A stretch of 57,561 nt of DNA, from contig CAYOWI010000004.1 in NCBI GenBank assembly GCA_964407685.1, positions 1-57,561 on the forward strand, given 5' to 3'. Below, piece after piece: positions 47,938-55,636 of the stretch. The stretch's first letter is position 1. Each line of letters starts with the position of its first letter. Source of the stretch: an uncultured Muribaculaceae bacterium. Lineage in GTDB: Bacteria > Bacillota_I > Bacilli_A > RF39 > UBA660. Below the pieces are notes generated by a model. It was not told the origin of the DNA and did no database searches. It saw nothing but the letters and a program-made list of their open reading frames with translations. Position numbers and translations under genes: made by a program.

Positions 47938-48049
47938 ATAAAAACGTATTTTATCATGTTAAAGAATCTTTAAAATTAAAGAAATATTTTGATGATTTAT
48001 TAGGTTATAATTTATATGATTTGTTTCCGGAAATAAAGGAAAATTTATA
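47938..48049 (+). repeat. direct repeat copy 2 (orphan remnant of the HD-domain gene 3' end)
   Basis: Matches 42592-42703. It keeps the reading frame (…KNVFYHVKESLKLKKYFDDLLGYNLYDLFPEIKENL) and ends in TAG instead of TAA. No upstream ORF body. Confidence 0.9.
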
Positions 48050-48199
48050 GTATTATATAAATGCTAGAAAAAGAATTCATTATTTCAAGTGTTTTGCAAA
48101 AATATGTATAATAATTAAAATGAAAGCAACTAATATTTTTGTTCTTGGGTTAGAATATGTTTTCCATTTTTTATAGGAATAAGAAATGGGGTGATGTCT

Positions 48200-48280
48200 A
48201 TGAGAAAAGAAAATAAATTTCTTAAAGTCATAGTTATCCTTTTAATTTTATTAATAGGCTTCCTAATATATAAAATATAA
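48200..48280 (+). CDS. 26-aa hydrophobic peptide (candidate type I toxin-like), locus B
   Basis: MRKENKFLKVIVILLILLIGFLIYKI*. SD GGGGTGA (48188-48194) with 5-nt spacing. Promoter TTCAAG-17 nt-TATAAT, with TG (48084-48112). Confidence 0.45.
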   Translation: MRKENKFLKVIVILLILLIGFLIYKI

Positions 48281-48377
48281 AAGAAAAGCATGCTATCCCA
48301 GGGGGGTGTAGCATGCTTTTCCAATACCAAAATATTGGAAAACTTCTAATCCTTTGAAGGTATTAGTCGCTTTCACT
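48281..48377 (-). ncRNA. predicted ~95-nt convergent small RNA (candidate antitoxin), locus B
   Basis: Minus-strand promoter: TTGAAT (48413-48408), 18-nt spacer, TATAAT (48389-48384). The transcript would end at the shared hairpin. Confidence 0.3.
48284..48320. terminator. bidirectional terminator hairpin, locus B
   Basis: AAAAGCATGCTA / TAGCATGCTTTT, a 12-bp stem flanked by A and T runs. Confidence 0.6.
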
Positions 48378-48478
48378 ATTTATATTATATAATAACAATA
48401 ACTAATTATTCAATAGAAAATGAGCTTAATATAGATTAAATCTAGTTTTTTTGTTATAATCTTTATTAGGTGATAGAT

Positions 48479-49144
48479 ATGAAGTTACTCGATAAATTTA
48501 ATATTAAAACTAGTAATATGCACATTTATGATACAGCATTTTCACATTCATCATATTGTAATGAACATAATTTAACAGAAGATTATCAAAGATTAGAGTT
48601 TTTAGGTGATAAAGTATTGGATTTAATTATGAGCGATTATCTTTATAATACAACTAATTACGAAGAAGGTAAAATGACTAAGATTAGATCAATGTATGTA
48701 TGTGAAAACGCTTTATATGAATATGCTTTACTTTTGGATTTTCCATCGTATGTTAAAGTTGGAAAAGGTGAAGAAGCATCCGGAGGTAAGTTTCGAAAAG
48801 CAACACTTGCAGATATGTTTGAATCTTTTTTGGGTGCGGTATATTTAGATCAAGGATATAAAAAAGCTAGAGAAATAGTATATGAAATAGTTATTCCTTT
48901 TATTAAAGAAAAACCAGAGACATTTTTTATGGATTATAAATCTAAATTACAGGAAATGGTACAGACTACAAAGAAGTCGGTAACTTATAAGCTTATAAAT
49001 GAAGAGGGGCCCGCTCACGATAGAACGTTTACAATGAATGTTATCGTTGATGGAATAGTACTTGGTACTGGAATTGCAAAATCAAAAAAAGAAGCAGAAC
49101 AAGAAGCTGCACACTATGCCATGGAAAAGTGCGCTAAACTTTAG
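48479..49144 (+). CDS. rnc: ribonuclease III
   Basis: RNase III signature QRLEFLGDKVLD, plus a C-terminal dsRBD (GPAHDRTF...AKSKKEAEQEAA). Confidence 0.9.
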   Translation: MKLLDKFNIKTSNMHIYDTAFSHSSYCNEHNLTEDYQRLEFLGDKVLDLIMSDYLYNTTNYEEGKMTKIRSMYVCENALYEYALLLDFPSYVKVGKGEEASGGKFRKATLADMFESFLGAVYLDQGYKKAREIVYEIVIPFIKEKPETFFMDYKSKLQEMVQTTKKSVTYKLINEEGPAHDRTFTMNVIVDGIVLGTGIAKSKKEAEQEAAHYAMEKCAKL

Positions 49145-49161
49145 TTAGGAGAGTATTTAAG

Positions 49162-52116
49162 ATGTATTTAAAAGAAATAAGAGTATCTGGATTTAAATCA
49201 TTTGCGGAAAAAACAACGATTGATTTAACATCTGGTATATCCGGTGTTGTTGGACCTAATGGTTCTGGTAAAAGTAATATAGTTGATGCTGTACGCTGGG
49301 TTTTAGGTGAACAATCTGTTAAACAATTACGTGGTGAAGGCGCTATGAGTGACGTAATATTTTCTGGAAGTAAATCAAGAAGGCCAGCTTCTAGTGCTAG
49401 TGTTACCCTTGTTTTTGATAATAGTGATAAGTATTTACCTACTGATTATACTGAAGTTAGTGTAAAAAGATGCATTTATAAAACTGGTGAGAACGAGTAT
49501 TATTTAAATAATGAAAAAGTAAGACTTAAAGATGTGCAGGATTTATTTGTTGATACCGGAGTTTCTAAAGAATCTTTTAACATTATTTCACAAGGTGATA
49601 TAGGAGCTATTTTATCTAATAAACCAGAGGAAAGAAGAGTTATTTTTGAAGCTGCCGCAGGAACTTTAAAATATAAAAAAAGAAAAGATGAGGCTTTAAG
49701 AAAATTAGAGAGAACCCATGATAACATGGATAGAATAAATGATATAATTTTAGAATTAGAAGCAAATTTAGAACCTTTAAAAAAGCAAAGCATTGATGCT
49801 AAAAAATATTTAGAAAATAAAAAACAACTAGATGAAATAGAAGTTTCTTTAATAGTAAGTGAAGTAGATGAGATAAATAGAGATTATCAAAATAATAAGG
49901 CTTTAGTACAAACTTTAAGTGAGGAAATAATAAGGTTAGAAAAAAATAGTAACGTTGATTTATCAAAAATAGAAGAGTTAAAGCTTATACAAACTAAAAA
50001 AGAAGAAGAGTTATATGGTATGCAAGGTGTGCTAACTAAATTAGCAGAAGAAACTCAAGAGCTTTTAGGTAAGAAAAACTTAATTGTTGAACGGCAAAAA
50101 TATAATGCTATGGATACCAAGGTTCATGATAACATGGTTAATATAAAAGAATCTATCTTAAGAAAGGAAAACGAAATTTTTGGCGTCAAAAATACACTTG
50201 AAATTCTTAACAAGAAAATAAATGCTTTGACGCTAAAGTTAAATGATAAAGAAGAGGAATTTTTAAGCTTAAGAAAACTACATGATGATAACGAACGTGA
50301 TTTAACGAATCAAAATAGATTAGAAAACGAAACTAAGTATAAGATAGAGATGTTAAAAAATGCCATAGAAGGTGGATTTTTACTTTCTTATGCGGTAAAA
50401 AGTGTTTTAGATAATCCTAAACTGGTTGGTATTCACGGCGTTATTGGCAATTTAATTGAGACAGAAAAGGATTATTCGGTTGCGATAACAACTGCTCTTG
50501 GTATGGCGGTAAATTACGTTGTAACTGATGATGAGTTTGCTGCGAAAGAAGCGATAAAATACTTAAAGTTTAATAAATTCGGAAGAGCAACATTTTTTCC
50601 TCTTAATATAATTAAGTCAAAGGAAATAGATAATCTAACTTATAAAATTTTAAGAGATGAAGATGGATTTGTTGGGGTCGCTTCTGATTTAGTAAAATAC
50701 CAGTCAGTTTATAATAACATTGTTAAAAACCTTCTTGGAACAACAATAATTGCACGAGATATGGATGTAGCGGGCGTTATTGCTAGAAAAATAAATTATA
50801 AATATAAAATAGTAACTTTAGATGGAGAGTTACTTCACGTAGGTGGTTCACTAACCGGTGGTGCTTTAAAAAACCAGTCTAGTTTAATAACCCAAAAACA
50901 TGAACTTTTAGATAATGAAGAATTACTTAAGAACTTAGAAGCTAAAAGGGCTAATTTAGAAGAAAATATAAATGCATGGGATAATAAATACAAAATAATA
51001 ATAGAACAAAGAAACAAATTAATCGAGGAAAAGACAAATTTAGAAATATCATTAAGGTATGAAAAAGAAAGACAAACTTTATATGAGGAAGAACTAAAAC
51101 GTTTGAAAGATGAAGCTAGTAACATAAATGGTTTAATTAATGGTACCTTAAGTAAAGAAGAAGAACAAATAGTTGAAGAATACTATGAAAAAGAAAAAGA
51201 AAAGAAGACGCTTTCTATAAAAGTAGATAACTTAAAAAGCGAAATTAATGATTATAAAGAAACCATTGGTAGAATGGAAAAGGAAAATAAGGTTAATAAT
51301 CAGGAATTTTATAAAAAACAGCAGGAATTAAAGGAGTTGGAAATAAAGGTTAACCGTGCGGATGTTAAGTTGGATAATTTGCTTAATACATTAACCGAGG
51401 ATTATGGTATGACTTTTGAAAAAGCTAAGGCTAATTATTTTCTTGAAATTGATGTTCTGGAGGCTAGAAAAATAGTTGATAAGTGTAAATTAGAGATAAA
51501 AAAGCTTGGAGACGTAAACCTAGGGTCTATCGAAGAATATGATAGGGTATCAAAAAGATATGATTTTTTAATTGCTCAAAAAGCTGATTTAGTAAAGGCT
51601 GAAGATACCATACTAGAGATAATAAAAGAATTAGATGGAATAATGAAAGATAAGTTTTTAAATTCATTTGAAAATATTAAAGAAAAATTTAAAGAAGTGT
51701 TTAAAAAGTTATTTTCTGGTGGAGATGCAGAACTTAAACTTACTGATCCAGAAGATGTTTTAACAACAGGTATTGATATAAAAGCGTTACCACCTGGCAA
51801 AACACTGCAACACATTTCTTTATTATCTGGTGGAGAAAAAACATTAACCGCAATATCGCTACTATTTTCAATACTTGAAACAAGACCAGTACCATTTTGC
51901 ATTTTAGATGAGGTAGAAGCAGCACTTGATGAGGTTAACGTTGATAATTTTGGAAAATTTTTAGAAGAGTTTAAGAATAAAACGCAATTTATTGTTATTA
52001 CGCATAAGAAAAAAACTATGGAATATGCGGATGTTTTATATGGTATAACGATGCAAGAATCAGGTGTATCAAAACTTGTTAGTGTAAAATTAGAAGATAT
52101 AAAAGAGGAAAAATAG
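49162..52116 (+). CDS. smc: chromosome segregation protein SMC
   Basis: Walker A GPNGSGKSN, long coiled coils, a hinge region, signature LSGGEKTL, Walker B FCILDEVEAALD. Confidence 0.9.
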   Translation: MYLKEIRVSGFKSFAEKTTIDLTSGISGVVGPNGSGKSNIVDAVRWVLGEQSVKQLRGEGAMSDVIFSGSKSRRPASSASVTLVFDNSDKYLPTDYTEVSVKRCIYKTGENEYYLNNEKVRLKDVQDLFVDTGVSKESFNIISQGDIGAILSNKPEERRVIFEAAAGTLKYKKRKDEALRKLERTHDNMDRINDIILELEANLEPLKKQSIDAKKYLENKKQLDEIEVSLIVSEVDEINRDYQNNKALVQTLSEEIIRLEKNSNVDLSKIEELKLIQTKKEEELYGMQGVLTKLAEETQELLGKKNLIVERQKYNAMDTKVHDNMVNIKESILRKENEIFGVKNTLEILNKKINALTLKLNDKEEEFLSLRKLHDDNERDLTNQNRLENETKYKIEMLKNAIEGGFLLSYAVKSVLDNPKLVGIHGVIGNLIETEKDYSVAITTALGMAVNYVVTDDEFAAKEAIKYLKFNKFGRATFFPLNIIKSKEIDNLTYKILRDEDGFVGVASDLVKYQSVYNNIVKNLLGTTIIARDMDVAGVIARKINYKYKIVTLDGELLHVGGSLTGGALKNQSSLITQKHELLDNEELLKNLEAKRANLEENINAWDNKYKIIIEQRNKLIEEKTNLEISLRYEKERQTLYEEELKRLKDEASNINGLINGTLSKEEEQIVEEYYEKEKEKKTLSIKVDNLKSEINDYKETIGRMEKENKVNNQEFYKKQQELKELEIKVNRADVKLDNLLNTLTEDYGMTFEKAKANYFLEIDVLEARKIVDKCKLEIKKLGDVNLGSIEEYDRVSKRYDFLIAQKADLVKAEDTILEIIKELDGIMKDKFLNSFENIKEKFKEVFKKLFSGGDAELKLTDPEDVLTTGIDIKALPPGKTLQHISLLSGGEKTLTAISLLFSILETRPVPFCILDEVEAALDEVNVDNFGKFLEEFKNKTQFIVITHKKKTMEYADVLYGITMQESGVSKLVSVKLEDIKEEK

Positions 52117-52158
52117 TGTGATACTTAAAAATAATTAAGAATAAAGGAAAACATTATT

Positions 52159-52701
52159 ATGAATATTTTAGCGGAAAAACAATTTAAAGAAAATTGTAAA
52201 AGTTTTGAATTTTCAAGAGATTTCTTTGAGGGAAAAAAGTACTTAGAAAATTTAGGTAATTTAATGTATGATAAGTTAAGTAAAGAAGACCAATCCAAAG
52301 TACATGAAATGATAGATCAAATGATATTTATGTGGGAAGTTATTTATAATTTAATAATGGATGATTATTATTTATCCAAATGGTTTAAGAAGATAGGTAT
52401 AATTTTTACTAAGAAAAATGGAGAAAATTTCCAAATAACTTTATCAAATCACTATAATAATATGTTAAAATATATTGATTATTTTGATAACTCCTATAAG
52501 ATATGTGAAAGACCTAAATCTGATTTAAACATGTGTGATTTAGAAAATACGTATGTTTTAACTTATTTATCTTTTGTTACATTAATTAATGATTGTGCAC
52601 AAGCTGATTTTAATTTATTAAATAAGAAAAAATACCGTGATAGTGACATCAAGGATTTTAGCGAGGTAAAAAAACAATTAATGCATGTGCTCAAACCCTA
52701 A
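52159..52701 (+). CDS. hypothetical protein (180 aa)
   Basis: Intact ORF with a weak RBS. No recognisable motif. Confidence 0.4.
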   Translation: MNILAEKQFKENCKSFEFSRDFFEGKKYLENLGNLMYDKLSKEDQSKVHEMIDQMIFMWEVIYNLIMDDYYLSKWFKKIGIIFTKKNGENFQITLSNHYNNMLKYIDYFDNSYKICERPKSDLNMCDLENTYVLTYLSFVTLINDCAQADFNLLNKKKYRDSDIKDFSEVKKQLMHVLKP

Positions 52702-52731
52702 GATATAAAAACAGGCAATTTGAAAAAAAGA

Positions 52732-52759
52732 AAAACGAAGAAAATTAATTCTTCGTTTT
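52732..52759. terminator. bidirectional terminator between the 52159 gene and def
   Basis: AAAACGAAGAA / TTCTTCGTTTT, a perfect 11-bp stem with a 6-nt loop. Confidence 0.6.
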
Positions 52760-52760
52760 A

Positions 52761-53309
52761 TTATATTGGTCTATATTTATCGGCATCTTTAAAAGGATTT
52801 CTCTTATCTATTCTATCTACAAATAATATGCCATCTAAATGATCCATTTCATGTTGTACACATATTGCTAAATCTTCCCTTAACCGTAAAGTAAATTTAT
52901 TACCATCCATGTCTCTGGCTTCAACGGTTACCCTTGCATATCTTGGAATTATTCCTCTAACTTCACGATTAACACTAAGACAACCTTCACCTTGCTCAAC
53001 ATAAATTTTTTCGGTACTATTGCTTATTATTCTAGGGTTTGCAAAAAAATACTCCTTAAAACTACCATCTTCTTGTTCTTCGACTATAATAAACCATCTT
53101 TTAGCAATTCCAATTTGTATTGCAGATAATCCCCATCCAGCTCTTAAATCATATTTTTTAGCATATTTGTCAATTTGACTATATCTTAAGTTTTCCATTG
53201 CGTTTTTTATAGTATTTTTTTCTTCTTCGACTAATGGAAAAATAACATCATTGCTAATTGTTCTTAATCTTTTATCTTTTTCATCTAATATTTTAAGTTT
53301 TTTAAACAT
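52761..53309 (-). CDS. def: peptide deformylase
   Basis: Motifs GWGLSAIQIG, EGCLSV and HEMDHLDG. ATG at 53309 follows GAGGTGG. Confidence 0.9.
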   Translation of the reverse strand: MFKKLKILDEKDKRLRTISNDVIFPLVEEEKNTIKNAMENLRYSQIDKYAKKYDLRAGWGLSAIQIGIAKRWFIIVEEQEDGSFKEYFFANPRIISNSTEKIYVEQGEGCLSVNREVRGIIPRYARVTVEARDMDGNKFTLRLREDLAICVQHEMDHLDGILFVDRIDKRNPFKDADKYRPI

Positions 53310-53379
53310 ATTGCCACCTCTAAACAAGAGTATTCTATCATAAAAAAAAAGGAAAGTAAAACTTTCCTAGTTGTTATTC

Positions 53380-53565
53380 CTAGTTGTTATTTCCAAACCA
53401 TCTTGCACCGATAACTATAACTAATAAGATGAATAGAACTAAGATAATAGCTGCTCCATAGCCTGTGCCACCTTGATTCCCGTATCCATAAGCTGGATAT
53501 GCGTAACCACCACCGCAGCATGGAGAGTTATATCCGTAGCCACCTTGGTAACCATAATAATACAT
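53380..53565 (-). CDS. YjcZ-like Gly/Tyr-rich tiny membrane protein
   Basis: A GYGY-rich N-terminus with a CC pair, followed by AAIILVLFILLVIVIG. This resembles the small sporulation-associated YjcZ family. Strong GGAGGAGG RBS. Confidence 0.55.
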   Translation of the reverse strand: MYYYGYQGGYGYNSPCCGGGYAYPAYGYGNQGGTGYGAAIILVLFILLVIVIGARWFGNNN

Positions 53566-53690
53566 ATTAATATTCCTCCTCCCACATTATCTATTATAGT
53601 TTACTCTAAATGTAAATAAAGTGTTATACCAAATACCTATATATAAAAAAAATAAAAAATATGATATTATATTTATGATAGGTGATAACA

Positions 53691-54833
53691 ATGAGAAAAG
53701 TGTTTAATAAAATAGATAAGCCACTGCTTATATTAACCATTATATGTTTGATTTTTGGTGTTATGATGGTTGGAAGTGCCTCATCACTTAAGGCTTACAT
53801 GAAATATGGGGATAGTTATTTTTATTTTAAGAGACAGCTTTTATTTATTATGGCAGGAATTTTTGCCGCTTACATCCTAATTAGAACACCTATAAAAAGG
53901 TGGAAAAGTCTAATTTATGTAGCAGTATTAGGAGTATTTGGCGCCTTATTATACGTACTTATAAAAGGTGAGGTAAGTAACGGTGTTACTGGTTGGTTAT
54001 TTATTAAAGGATTTGGTATTCAACCTAGTGAATTTGCTAAAACCGTTTTAATTTTATTTTTTGCCCTTGCCTTTGAAAAAATGATGAAAATTAAATTTCT
54101 TAGTAATGTTGTTAAAGTTATTCCTTTTATAGTACCATTTATTTTTATAGCATTAGTTTTTAAACAACCAGACTTTGGTACCATGATGGTATTAGTTGGA
54201 ATAACCGCAGTAATATTTTTAATTATTCCATATGATAATAAAACAAAGTTTATAATGGGATCTTTTACGGTTATTTCGGTTCTTATTTTAGCACTTGTAA
54301 TGGTGCTAACTGGTAAGGGTTTAACTAGTAGTCAGATGAGTAGGTTTAATTATAAAGATCCATGTACTAGATATCGGGAAAAAACTGGCTATCAAGTATG
54401 TAATAGTTATATAGCGATAAATAGTGGTGGCCTTTTAGGCAGTGGTTATGGTAATAGTAAGCAAAAGTATTTGTATTTACCCGAGGCTCACACGGACTTT
54501 ATATTTGCAATAATAATAGAAGAGATGGGACTAATCGTTGGTATTGCTATTATATTAGTATACTTTATAATGGTGTGGAGAATAATTTTAATAGGTAAAA
54601 AATCATATAACTTACAAGGAACAATAATATGTTATGGCGTTGCGACCTTAATATCTCTTCATGTCATGATTAACTTAGGTGGAGTTTTAGGTGTAATTCC
54701 TTTAACTGGTGTTCCACTTCCTTTTTATTCGTATGGTGGCTCATTCATGATTAATTTACTTATATGTTTGGGATTAGTTCAAAGGGTATCAGTTGAAAAT
54801 AAAATTTTCGAGCAAAAACACTTAGTTAGATAG
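53691..54833 (+). CDS. FtsW/RodA/SpoVE-family SEDS peptidoglycan glycosyltransferase
   Basis: About 10 TM helices. Conserved QPSEFAK, PDFGT, LPEAHTDFIFA and GVPLPFYSYGGS blocks. Confidence 0.85.
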   Translation: MRKVFNKIDKPLLILTIICLIFGVMMVGSASSLKAYMKYGDSYFYFKRQLLFIMAGIFAAYILIRTPIKRWKSLIYVAVLGVFGALLYVLIKGEVSNGVTGWLFIKGFGIQPSEFAKTVLILFFALAFEKMMKIKFLSNVVKVIPFIVPFIFIALVFKQPDFGTMMVLVGITAVIFLIIPYDNKTKFIMGSFTVISVLILALVMVLTGKGLTSSQMSRFNYKDPCTRYREKTGYQVCNSYIAINSGGLLGSGYGNSKQKYLYLPEAHTDFIFAIIIEEMGLIVGIAIILVYFIMVWRIILIGKKSYNLQGTIICYGVATLISLHVMINLGGVLGVIPLTGVPLPFYSYGGSFMINLLICLGLVQRVSVENKIFEQKHLVR

Positions 54834-54853
54834 AATTTTATTTTAATATGTTT

Positions 54854-54881
54854 AAAAGTTAACGTAAATGTTAACTTTTTT
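54854..54881 (+). terminator. rho-independent terminator after the SEDS gene
   Basis: AAAAGTTAAC / GTTAACTTTT stem followed by a T-run. Confidence 0.6.
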
Positions 54882-54940
54882 AGTTTTTTACGAGTGTTTT
54901 TATGTTTTATGTCTAATAATTAAAGTGAAAGGAGGAAAAA

Positions 54941-55636
54941 ATGATTAGTTTTATAAGAAGATATTGGAAGTATTTAACTTGTGCTTTAATTGTATTAGTT
55001 ACTTTAATTTTAAGTGTTTTTTACTATCAAAAAAATAATAGTGTGTCAACGCCTAACGTTAAGAAATTATCTTTGGTTAAGGAAGAAAAAAAAGAAAGTT
55101 CAACCGTATTTGTTGATGTTAAAGGTGCTGTAAATGCTCCGGGGGTTTATGAAATTGATGATGAAAAAAGAATAATTGATGCGATTAATTTAGCAGGCGG
55201 TTTATCTGATAATGCTGATACCGTAAATCTTAATTTAAGTAAGAAATTAAGTGATGAAATGTACATAATAGTTTATACAAAAGATGAGGTATATAATTAT
55301 AAAAAAAATAATGAAAATAGTAGTGAGGTAAAATGCGCTTCGTTAGAATGTGTATGTCCTGATACGAATAATGATGCGTGTATTGTAAGTGATGATAGAA
55401 AAACAAGTGATACTAAAAAAGAAGAATCAATTGCGGTAGAAAATAAAAGTGTTTCAATTAATAATGCTACTAAAGAAGAACTTATGAGCGTTAACGGAAT
55501 AGGTGAATCAAAGGCTGATGCCATAATTAAATACAGACAAGAAAACGGAAACTTTAAAACGTTAGAAGAAATAAAAAATGTATCTGGGATAGGAGATGCT
55601 CTTTACGAAAAAATAAAAGATAGTATTGTTTTATAA
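54941..55636 (+). CDS. comEA: competence protein ComEA (SLBB plus helix-hairpin-helix DNA-binding)
   Basis: N-terminal anchor. VDVKGAVNAPGVYEI (SLBB). C-terminal NNATKEELMSVNGIGESKADAIIKYRQENGNFKTLEEIKNVSGIG. Confidence 0.8.
   Translation: MISFIRRYWKYLTCALIVLVTLILSVFYYQKNNSVSTPNVKKLSLVKEEKKESSTVFVDVKGAVNAPGVYEIDDEKRIIDAINLAGGLSDNADTVNLNLSKKLSDEMYIIVYTKDEVYNYKKNNENSSEVKCASLECVCPDTNNDACIVSDDRKTSDTKKEESIAVENKSVSINNATKEELMSVNGIGESKADAIIKYRQENGNFKTLEEIKNVSGIGDALYEKIKDSIVL

Noticed and set aside
48130-48330. 66-aa minus-strand ORF spanning locus B.
   Set aside because: It runs through the terminator hairpin and the + strand peptide ORF and has no RBS. The region is better explained by the promoter/SD/peptide/terminator architecture shared with locus A, where no comparable minus-strand ORF exists.
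53367-53392. Tandem 13-nt duplication CCTAGTTGTTATT at the 3' end of the yjcZ-like gene.
   Set aside because: It is only two copies, straddling the stop codon, and is most simply a slippage duplication with no obvious function.
54834-54940. Checked the larger non-coding gaps (for example 13731-13942, 9049-9162, 17713-17842, 53566-53690 and 54834-54940) for riboswitches other than the T-box and for tRNA-like or other structured RNAs.
   Set aside because: I saw only promoter-like hexamers, RBSs and simple terminator hairpins. No conserved riboswitch cores or cloverleaf-compatible sequence were recognisable by eye. A covariance-model scan (Infernal/Rfam, tRNAscan-SE) would be the decisive check.
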